From a virus: a stretch of 64,000 nucleotides of DNA. The stretch spans positions 24,153-88,152 of IMG/VR virus record IMGVR_UViG_3300030104_004631; one strand, 5' to 3'. Shown here one piece after another: positions 11,113 to 22,500 of this stretch (positions are counted from its first letter, which is position 1; each line of letters opens with the position of its first letter). The translations under genes and the position numbers were made by a program. Under the pieces are notes generated by a model. It was not told the DNA's origin. It searched no databases and saw only the letters and a list, made by a program, of their open reading frames with translations.

Positions 11113-14100
11113 ATGGCACAAAATACTAACCTAAACGTAACACCGTATTACGACGACTTCGATAAAGATAAGAATTTTTATCGAGTGCTGTTCCGTCCTG
11201 GATTTCCTATTCAGGCAAGAGAACTCAGTACAATGCAGAGTGTTCTGCAGAACCAAGTAGAATCTGTTGGAACGCACCTATTCAAAGATGGTGCAATGGT
11301 AATTCCAGGTCAAGTTGGTTATGACTTGGATGTTCAGGCAGTTCTTGTTCAAGAATCTTTCTTGGGTAGTGATGTTGAAACTTATAGAACTCAAATAACT
11401 GGAACTATTGTTGAGGGTCTAACTACAGGCGTTAAGGCAAAGGTTTTATATAGTATTTCTGCCTCGGAATCAGAAAAAGGTTATATCACATTATATGTTA
11501 AGTATATAGATTCTGGTGATACTACTTCTGCCACTGGTCTGAAAACATTCCAGATTAATGAACAGTTAATTACAGATAAGGAAATTACTTTTGGATCAAC
11601 TCTAATTGAGATCGGTACTCCTTTTGCTCAGTTGCTTCCTGTTGCTGCTACTGCTGTAGGTTCTACTGCATATATTAGTGAAGGTGTTTATTATATTAGA
11701 GGTCATTTTGTAAATGTCCCAACTAACTATCTAATTCTTGATCAGTATAGTAGCAATCCTTCTTACAGAGTAGGTCTTGAGATTTTAGAATCTATTGTCA
11801 CTCCTGAAGATGATGAATCTCTAAATGATAATGCTGCAGGAACTTCAAATTATTCTGCACCAGGTGCTCATAGATTTAAAATTCAAACACAGTTTGTAAA
11901 ACGATTAATTACTGATGAAGCAGATAAAGACTTCATTGAACTTTTAAGAATTAACAATAGTAGGGTAGAAAATTTTGTAGAGAGAACTGAATATAGTGAG
12001 TTAGAAAAATCATTGGCTCGTAGAACTTTTGAAGAGTCTGGTGACTATGTAATTGATACATTTAACGTTAATATGCGAGAGCATCTTAATGATGGATTTA
12101 ATAATGGTGTTTATAATAAAGGTCAAAACTCAGATCAAGGTAATCTCGCTGATGATAATAAATTAGCAATTGAGGTTTCTCCTGGTAAAGCATATATTAG
12201 AGGATATAGAACTAACTTTATTAGTCCACGATATGTTGATGTAGATAAACCAAGAGATTTTGAAACTCGTCAAAATGGTATTATTAACTTCAATCTTGGT
12301 AATTTTGTAAAGGTTTATGATGTTCATGGTTGGCCAGAAATATCTGGAGATGGTGTTAGTGATGCATATCAAACTCTAAATCTTTATGATGATTGGGCAG
12401 CAAATGCAACATCTTCTGTAAAGTCAGGTGCTAATAGAATTGGTAGATGTAGGGTAGTTCAGTTACAAAAATCTAGTAGTGCTTTAGCTGCAACATCACC
12501 ATTTGGAATCGAACCAACTATTGTTGGTGGTGTTTACGATCTCTGGTTCTTTGATGTTCAGATGTTTACCGTTCTGAATATCACGAATGCAGTAACTTAT
12601 ACTGCAGGTACTAAAATTGTTGGTAAAACTTCTGGGGCGACAGGTTATGTTGCAGATACTGGAAACAATACACATTACATCTATCTTGAGCATGTGAGTG
12701 GTGAATTTACCAATGGTGAAATTCTGTCTGTTAATAATAGAGATTCAGGAACCTTAGAGGCAGCACATACTTATCAATTAAGTGATGTTAGATCTTCTTT
12801 CGGTCTTGATGGTTCCAGTGCTGTTAGATTTGGTGCAAACTGGATTCTTAATGATTCTCGTCCTATTGAATCTTCTACAGTAAATATCGATGAGACAACT
12901 GGTGATGTTTTAACTGTTGATACTATTGGTGCTGCTGTTGGTGCCAGAACTGCAGGAACATATAATATTGCTAGTACTGGTGTATCCACTGATGGATCTG
13001 GAACTGGTGCTACCTTTACTATTGTTGTTGATGGTACTGGTGCTGCTACTATTACTGTCACTGGCGGTGGTAGTGGATATGTTATTAATGAAACTATTAC
13101 TGTTGCTGATGCTCAACTAGGAAGTGGTGGTGCTGCAGCGTTACAATTTGATGTTGCTAGTGTTGGTCGTGAAGATATTACTGGTTTCCGTACAAGATTT
13201 GAAAAGGATTTGAGACCAGGTGATGTAGTCACCCCAACACTTTCTGATTTGGAAGGTACAAATACTCTTCGTGTTAAGAGAGTTGATCCTACTGCTATTG
13301 CAACAACTTCTGGAAATAGAAAGTCTACAGTATTGGCAGGAGATGCTATATTTGATTACACTGATCAAACTACTAGACTTGACAATACTTTAAAGGTTGG
13401 TACAGTTGCTGCTGGTCAGTATAGTGAATTAGTTAGATTGCGTCCGTTCATTTTCCAGAAAGATTATCAGAACGGAGAACTTTCTTTTGACCTACCAGAA
13501 GATACGATGAAGTCTTTGAGCGATGAATCGTTCTTTGTCTTTAGAAACTTTGCATCCAAGACGGTAACTTCAGGTTCTATTACATTTACTCTTCCTGAGA
13601 CTGAAGCATTTGGTGCATTATCTGGTGATAATTATATTCTTACAATTATTGATAAAGGAACTTCTTCAGTGTTTACTGATGGAGAGAACGTAGATATTGA
13701 TGCACAGGTAGATGCTGGTGTATTATCAACATCTTTTGGTTCTGATAATCAGTCTTTCTCAATCAGTGGTCTTACTAATATTGCTACAGTAACTCTTACA
13801 GCATTAGTTTCTAAGAATACTGTTTCTAAAAAGATTAAGACTGCTGCTAAGATGAAGGCATTGAAAGTCATTAAAACTGATATAGATGTTGATACTCAAC
13901 CAACAGGTCTTACTTATAGTACTCTTTATGGAACTAGAGTTGAAGATTTAGATGTTTCGTTTGGTGTTAATGACGTTTATAACGTTCATGCAATATATGA
14001 ATCATATGATGATAATGATGCATCTTCACCATATGTTGTTCTTACTGAATCAGTATTCTTTGCTGCAAGCACATTAATTGTTGGTAAAACTTCTGGTGCT

Positions 14101-17100
14101 AGAGGTCGAGTTATTTCATTCTCTAACGCAGATTTAAAATTATATTATGTTGGTCTTAATGAAATTCCATTCATTACAGGAGAATCTATTACTGGTGAAA
14201 ATACTGCTGGAGATGCTATCACAGGTATTATTGATGATACTGAGGGTTCTATTTTTGCAGGAAGTAAAGTTATTACAGATCAGTTTGAACTTGAATCAGG
14301 ACAGAGAACTAATTTCTATGATGTATCAAAACTAATTCGTCTTCCTTCTACTGTAGCACCTACAAGACGATTGCTTGTAATTTTTGACTTCTTCTCCCAT
14401 GAAGCATCTGGTGATTATTTCTCAGCAGAATCTTATAGTGGAATTAGTTATAAAGAGATTCCTAATTACAAGATGGATGGTTCTATTAAGTATATTAGAG
14501 ATCAAATTGATTTCCGTCCTGCTATTAAAGAACTTAGAAATGGTTCTGGAACTGTTAGTGCTCCTTACTATGTCAATTGTAGTACTTTTGACTTTGTTTC
14601 TAGGGTATTCAGTACAGCTGGTGGTGCTGGCGGGGCAACTATCTTTGATATTATGCAGGTCAACTCTTCCTTTAGAGCAGACTATTCATGGTATCTTCCT
14701 AGAATTGATAAATTATATCTCTCTCATGATGGAAAACTAATTGTAAGTAAGGGTGTTTCTGGATATTACTTGATTCCACCCCCAAAAGTTGAAAATGCGA
14801 TGCTCTTAGCATCAATTGAATATAAACCATATGTGTTTGATCCAGAAAGAGATGTTCTGATTTCTACAGAAGTAATCAGAAGGTATACGATGAAAGATAT
14901 TGGTGATCTTGAGCAAAGACTCACCCACGTTGAATATTATACTTCATTATCATTACTCGAATCTCAAGCAGAAAACACCAAGACTTATGACGAGAATGGA
15001 TTTGATCGTTTGAAGAATGGTTATGTTGTAGATGATTTTACTGATCACACAACTGGTGATGTTCTGAATCCAGATTACAAGTGTTCTCTTGACTTTAAAG
15101 AGGGACAACTACGTCCACAACATTACACAACAAACGTAGGACTTGTATATAATGCAGCAGACTCTACGAATATTGTTAAGACTGCTGGTAATGTCTTGAT
15201 GTTACCTTACGAAGATGTTGCACTTATCACCCAACCTTATGCATCTAGAACTGAGAATGTTAACCCATTCAACGTATTTACATTCATTGGTCGTATTGAC
15301 TTAACACCTGCATCTGATGATTGGATTGATATTGAGCGTGTGCCAGCTCGTGTTGAGAACATTGAAGGAGACTTCTCATCCGTATCTAATGATTTGCAGG
15401 TTGATCAGAATGGTTTTGCACCTGTTCAATGGGGATCATGGCAGACTAACTGGACTGGTGAATCAGTTACATCAACATCACGAAACAGATCTGCATCTGG
15501 TACGTTTGGTGTTGGTCGTCAGTTAGGTTCTCTTGGTCATGGTCAGCGTCGTCAAGGTCTATTCTATCTACATGAACGTCGTACATTTCGTGTTGTAAAC
15601 AATCAAGCACGTCAAGGTGTTCGTACAAGGGTTGTTCCTAAGATCGAACGTAGATCTTTAGGAGATAGTGTTCTTTCCAGAAGTGCTATTCCTTGGATTA
15701 GATCTCGTAATATTGGTTTTAATGTCGATAGAATGAAACCACGTACTAGAATGTATGCATTCTTTGATGGTGTTGATGTAACTACTTACCTTACTCCTAA
15801 AGTAATTGAACTTATTAAGAACTCTACAACAGATTCTAGAACAAATGAAACTCCTTTTGTTGTTGGTGAAACTGTACTTGGAGAAACTTCAGGTTGTCAA
15901 TTAAAAGTTGTTGCTCCTGATGATGGATATAAGACTAATCCTTATGGTAAAGGCACAGAAGTTCTTCCTACATCATATGCTTCTCAAACAGCACTTCTAA
16001 ATCATGATATAACTGCTATATCTGAAACTGTATCACCAGATTACTTTGGTAATATGCAAGTTGGAGAAATTTTAGTTGGTCAAACTTCTGGTGCTAGAGC
16101 AGTTGTTCAGGATCGTCGTCTTCTAACTGATAATGTTGGTAACTTACAAGGTACATTCTTTGTTCCTTCTCCCAAGAACGATGCTAATCCACGTTGGGCA
16201 ACAGGTACTCGCTCATTTAGATTTACAACATCCGATTCAAATAGTAAAGCAATTGGTGCAGTAGATTCTTCTGCTGACACAACTTACGCAGCAACAGGAA
16301 CTTTACAAACTGTTCAGGAAAATGTTTTGGCAATTCGTAATGCTGAACTTGTTAGAGATACTGTTTCTGAAGATAGAGTTGTAGAAACAACTAGAACTGA
16401 AACACGTCAGATTGGTTGGTATGACCCTCTTGCTCAATCATTTATTGTTGAGGAAGAAGGTGGTGTATTCCTTTCAACTGTTGAAATCTTCTTCAACTCT
16501 AAAGATGCTAATATTCCAATCTCGATGCAAATCAGAACAATGGAAAATGGTTATCCTACAAAGACAATTCTTCCTTTCTCTGATGTTACTATAACACCTG
16601 ATCAGGTAGAAATTTCAGAAAGTGCTGCTGTTGCTACTAAGTTTACATTCAAAGCACCTGTATACATTAAGTCTTCTGTTGAATATTGTTTTGTTCTTCT
16701 GTCAGACTCTAATGAATATAAGGTTTGGATCTCTAGAATGGGTGATGTTGATATCAGTGGTAATAGAACAATCTCTGAACAACCTTATGCTGGTGTTCTG
16801 TTTAAATCACAGAACGCATCTACATGGACTGCTGACCAATATGAAGACTTGAAATTTACTGTGTATCGTGCAAACTTTACTCAGACAACTGGAACAGTCG
16901 CTCTTAACAATACACCACAAGGTAAAGGTAATGGTGGTATTCACAGGTTAATTGATAATCCAATTCAGACTATCAAACCAAAACTTGTCCTTACTGCTGG
17001 TCCTACTGCTACTCAGTATACCTTTAGTATTGGTGCTCGCTTATTGCAACTTACTACAGGTGCTGGAGCAACCGTAGTTTCTTCTACAACGTCTGGATCT

Positions 17101-18717
17101 GCTGCAGATACTATTACTGTTAATGATGTATCTGGTAATTGGTTAGCAGGAACATCTACTACTTTCCTTTTGAGATCTTCTGAAGCACTTGCAACTCAGG
17201 TTGTTGGTAGTGCATCTGGAACTTTGGAGGTTGGTGATATTGTTACTGGTGCAACTTCTGGATCTGTTGGTATTGTTAAGTCTTGGAATGGATCTACTGC
17301 ATTGGTACTTCATTATATTACTGGAGCATTTACTAATTCCGAAACTATAAATGAGACTGGTGGTTGGTCTGCAACTGTAACTTCTTCTACTGAAAGTGGT
17401 GATTCCTTCGGTGCTTATCTTTCTTCTGCACCTACTTATGCAAATGATGAGAAAGAAATTCTTATATATCATAGAAATCATGGTATGCATCAACGCACAA
17501 ATAATGTTAAAGTTGAAGGTGCAGTTTCTGAAATTGGTAATACATCCTTAACTAGTGCATTAGCAGCAGCGGCAACAACAATAACTGTTGAAAATGCAAG
17601 TACATTCCATGAAGTTGTAAATGGTGCTGCTATTAGTAATGCAAATCCAGGATACGTTAAGATTGAAGATGAAATTATCACATACAATGCTATTTCCTCT
17701 GATGGTAAAACCATTACTGTTGCTACCTCTGGTAGGGGTACTAACGGAACTACTGATGTAACACATGCATCTGGAGCAGTTGTTGAATGCTATAACCTTG
17801 ACGGTATTCCTCTAGTCGATATTAATAAGACTCATACAAGTATATCTTGTCCTTGGTTAGATACTTACATGCTTCATCTTAATGGTGTGGCAAATAATGG
17901 TATTCGTGCAGGTGGAAATCAAATTTTCGCTTCTCAAAATACACAGTTTGAAACTCTAACACCTACTGTTTCTGTAATGAATTTACCTGAAACAGATATT
18001 ACTGCTAAAATTAATACAACTACAGCAACATCTATTGGTAATGGAAGTGCTGTTGTTGATCAATCATCCTTTGTTAATGATGGTACTTATGAGTTTATAA
18101 CATTGAATGATTATAACTTCTTCCCCAATCCTAAGATGGTTTGTTCTGAAGTTAATGAGAATGCTAAACTAGATGGACAAAAATCATTGACTATGCTTAT
18201 TGATTTATCCACCACAAAATCATCACTTTCTCCTGTTGTTGACTTAGATAGATGTTCGTTGATTACAACATCTAATAGAATCAATGCTTGGCCAGGTGGT
18301 TCTTCTCCATACGGTCAGCAAAGTGCAATTGATACATCACAAGATGTTTCTCTTCTACCATTAGGCGATCAGAATGATGCCATTTATATTACAAGACTTG
18401 CTCGTTTGATTAGAGAGTCTAGATCAATTAGAGTTGATTTCCAAATGTCTCGTCCACCAGAGGCAGATGTTAGAATTTACTACAGAGCATTTAGCACTGG
18501 AAGTGGTGATGATATCGATTCTATCGGTTGGACACAAATGGATAAACCTCTTCAGTATGATGATTCTCCTAGTGAAGAAATTCTATGGAAGGATTATTAC
18601 TACGAGGTAAGTGGTTTGAACTTTAATGCATTCCAACTTAAGATTGTTCTAAGATCTTCTAACCAAGCGAGAGTTCCTTTACTTGCTGATTTACGTGCAA
18701 TCGCTCTTGCAACATAA
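11113..18717 (+). CDS. VrlC-like / DUF4815 large virion (baseplate/tail) protein
   Basis: N-terminus [11 protein letters not shown]...[50 protein letters not shown] motifs. Confidence 0.85.
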   Translation: [2534 protein letters not shown]

Positions 18718-19013
18718 TGATAGAGGATAATAAACCACACCCCCATGATTCTATGCCAATAGCAAATGGCACCAATAGATACGCACCCCCTGAAAAAATG
18801 ATTGAATTAGAAGAAAACCCAAGACCTGAAGAAGAAATAGCAGATGACTGGTTTGAGAATGATACTTATGCTTCACGACATGAATCAACACCTGACTTTG
18901 AGAAGGATGCTGAAGAGGTCGTGACTATACATGAGAAGATGTATAGAATGGCAAGATCAAAGTACAATCCATTTTCTGTAGGTGGATCGGAGAATATTCA
19001 TGACTTCGATTAA
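18717..19013 (+). CDS. Hypothetical protein
   Basis: 98 aa acidic ORF, TAATG-coupled to the upstream gene. Confidence 0.6.
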   Translation: MIEDNKPHPHDSMPIANGTNRYAPPEKMIELEENPRPEEEIADDWFENDTYASRHESTPDFEKDAEEVVTIHEKMYRMARSKYNPFSVGGSENIHDFD

Positions 19014-19251
19014 AGATGATTTGCCAGAGTTGATTCCTGTTGAGGGATCTGAGGGTTCTTATAGAGATGTATCTTCTACTGCTATAGTAAAAGATAATCA
19101 AGATGAATATGATAAATATATGGCATCTTACAATAAGAGGCAAAAAGAAGCAGCAGATAAGCGAGCTTTACAAAATGAGGTTTCTGAGTTAAAATCAGAG
19201 ATGAGTGAAATAAAAACACTTTTACTAACGTTAGTCCAAGACAAAAAATGA
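19000..19251 (+). CDS. Hypothetical coiled-coil protein
   Basis: Likely start ATG 19000 (MTSIKDD...). IPVEG...YRD..S.AIV and C-terminal LKSEMSEIKTLL resemble small proteins found after VrlC in T4-like phages. Confidence 0.65.
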   Translation: MTSIKDDLPELIPVEGSEGSYRDVSSTAIVKDNQDEYDKYMASYNKRQKEAADKRALQNEVSELKSEMSEIKTLLLTLVQDKK

Positions 19252-19517
19252 CAGATGATGCAACAGCACCTGTAGAAAAGGTGTCCCAAGAAACAATGCT
19301 CCAACAGTTTAGAGAGCGTTTTAATGCGGCAATTGAGGAGAATAAGCAATTGTCAGAAAAAATTAAAGCGAATGAAGTGATTGCACTAAAACTCCAAGGT
19401 GCTATTGAAGCGTTAGAGTATTATAATGAAAATCCTCCAACTGGAGTTCCTTCTCCAGATATTCCTGCTGATGATGTAGCAAGTGAATCCACAGAGATTG
19501 ATAACCTCACAACATAA
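19248..19517 (+). CDS. Hypothetical coiled-coil protein
   Basis: ATGA overlap with upstream gene; LKLQGAIEALEY motif. Confidence 0.65.
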   Translation: MTDDATAPVEKVSQETMLQQFRERFNAAIEENKQLSEKIKANEVIALKLQGAIEALEYYNENPPTGVPSPDIPADDVASESTEIDNLTT

Positions 19518-19524
19518 AAAGAGA

Positions 19525-19546
19525 GGAGACACCAGTCTCCTTTTTT
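19525..19546 (+). terminator. Rho-independent terminator
   Basis: GGAGAC-ACCA-GTCTCC followed by T6. Confidence 0.75.
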
Positions 19547-19551
19547 AATGG

Positions 19552-19559
19552 CATAAATA
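19552..19559 (+). promoter_or_regulatory. Late promoter CATAAATA
   Basis: Just after the terminator and upstream of the fibre gene. Confidence 0.65.
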
Positions 19560-19595
19560 ACTTGGAAGCATGTTCTCATAGAGTTGTCGTAAAAA

Positions 19596-22500
19596 ATGGC
19601 AAATAGAATTCAATTAAGACGTGGTAATGGGCAAGAATGGCAAAACTCTAACCCTATCCTCGCCCAAGGCGAACTTGGTATCGAACTTGATACAGGTCGT
19701 TTTAAGATAGGTGATGGTGTTACATCATGGAATACCCTTAGGTATGAACGACCGATTGAGTCGACCTCAAACACGGCAAATACGTTAGTTCAGAGAGATA
19801 CTGATGGTAATTTTTCTGCTGCAACCATTACTGCCACAGTCATTGGTAATGCTTCAACCGCATCTAGATTAGCAAGTTCTAGACAGATTCAAATAATTGG
19901 TGACGTTAGTGGTTCTCAAATTTTTGATGGATCCGAAAATATTTCTATTACATCAACTTTAGATCTATTATCTAGTTTACCTCACCATGATAATACGGAA
20001 ACTAGTAGTGGAACATATACAAAAGTTACTGTTGACGCTAAAGGTAGAGTTACTAATGCTTCAAACCCAACAACTCTTGCTGATTATAATTTAAATGGAA
20101 CTGTAGAAGGTTCATCTGCACAAGCATATGATTTAGATTTAGTTGCTGTAGCAGGTCTTACTACTACAGGTTTTATTTCTAGAACTGCTACAAATACAAT
20201 GGCAACCCGTACTATTACGGGAACTGCAGGTAAAATTAATGTAAACAATGGTGGTGGTCTTGCTGGTAATCCCACTTTAGATCTTGCAACTACTACAGTA
20301 GTTGATGGTGATTACAACACTGAATCACTAACATCAGTATCTGGTGTTGGTAGTAATAGCGAACCTTTTGGAACTGAAACTGTAAACGCAGTTAAGTTTT
20401 CAGTTGATGATAGAGGTCGTTTAACATCTGCAACAAATGTACCTATCGCTACTGCTACACAAGGTACAACAGCACTTGCTTATAACGCAGGAACTACTTA
20501 TGTTCGTGGTAATCAAATCACTAACGCATCGAAACTATATCAAGCAATAGCAGGTATTGCTGCTGGTGCTGGTGCTCCAACTCATTCAGATACAAGTGAT
20601 GCTGGATCGTGGAGACATCTTGGTGCTGCAACATCACCACAAAAAGGACTTGCTTCATTTGATCAAGAAGATTTTGCTGTAACTGCAGCAGGTCATGTTA
20701 CAATGGCTCTTGGTTCTATTGATAATGATCAATTACAGAACAGTAGAATATCCTTTGCTGATGGAAATGCTGTAGAGCATTTTGATCTAGATCAAGAACT
20801 AACTGCGACTACGGGATATAGAGGTTTAAATAAATTAAATTATATAAAGGTTAATGACACTTCAGGTAATCTTCTGTTTGGTGCTAATAACACTGGCGAT
20901 AGTAGTGCTGGTGAGATCGATGTCAATGTAAGATCATACTTTAGTGATCCAGATATTACTTTGGATGGTGCTGTTGCACAAACTTTAGACAAGACTGGAG
21001 ATGGTAATTTAACATTCCAGACTACACAGGACTCAACATCTGCTAGAACATTAAGTATTTTAGCAACTAATGCTGGTACTGGTACTAGTGGTGTTGTTGT
21101 AACTGCAGAAAATGCTGTTACAATCACTGCATCAGATGCTGCTGGTAAAGTACAAGTAGAAGACACATATTTCCAAGGAGATTATATTGCTTCTTCTGCT
21201 GCTACTATGATCCTAGATCCTGGTGATGATAGGGCAGTAAGTGGTAAAGTTCAGATAATGGGGGATTTACAGGTAGATGGAACGACTACAACAATTAATT
21301 CAACAATCACTACGTTGGATGATCCTATTATCACTCTTGGTGGTGATACTGCTCCAGGTTCAGATGACAACAAGGACAGAGGAGTTGAATTCAGATATTA
21401 TGACGCTTCGGCAAAGGTTGGATTCTTTGGTTACGACGATTCAGCCGCAGATCTTGGAGGGCATACAGGAGCGTTTACATTCCTCTACGATGCCACAAAT
21501 ACCTCCGAAGTATTCGCTGGAACAGATGCAGGGATCATCGCTGGTAATTTAAAACTTACAACCAATACTAACTCAACATCTAATACTACTGGAGACTTGG
21601 TAGTTGCTGGTGGTGTTGGAATTGGTGATGATGTTAATATTGGTGGACTATTAGATGTAGACGGTACATTCCGTGCTAATAGTACATCTAGATTTGATGA
21701 TAATATTGTATTCCAAGGTGCTTCTAAGACACTTGAATTGAAGAATGGTAGTGGTACAACTAAGACTACACTTCATACAACTACAGGTAATGCAGAATTT
21801 GGTGGTATTGTAACTACTACTGGTGCTATTGATGCTAATTCTACTTTGAACGTAGCAAACGAAGTTTATCTAGAAAGTACAAATGAACCTGATATTCTAT
21901 CTGGTGCTCCTCACTCAATTCAGAATGCCGACTACGGTGCTTTCAGATGTGATGGTGGTGGATACTTTGATAAGGCGGTATTGTTTAACGGTGACATCTT
22001 CCTGAATGGTGACTTTAACCAGCAAGAAGACGCAACTGAGAATTACGGTTTAAGGAACTATCTATCTGTACGATATAAAATGCGTGCAGGTTCTGTTGGT
22101 GTATATACTCCAAGTTATTCAAACCATAACACTTCTAACTTAAGAGTCTTTGGTGGTGCTGGTGTTAACACAACACTACACGTTGGTGCTACTGGAGTAG
22201 GACAAGGTTTATTTGTTGGTAAGAAAAACTCTGGAGACACAGTTAAGTTTAGTGTTGATGGTCCTTCTGGTAACGTTGATACTTCAGGTACTTTAGTTGT
22301 TGCAGGTCAGACAACTATTAATGATACACTCATTATCAATGCTGCTAATGAAGAGTTTGCTATTCAAAATGGTTCTGGTACTGATAAGTTTACAGTTGAT
22401 ACGGATAATGGTAATACAGTAATTCAAGGTACCGTTAATATTGAAGGTGTTACCGATATTGATAATGACTTTGCAGTTAGATCAGGAACTACTGATAAGT

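Noticed and set aside
1012-16852. Many short Leu/Ile/Val-rich +1 frame ORFs within structural genes
   Set aside because: Expected artefact of T-ending codons in the main frame.
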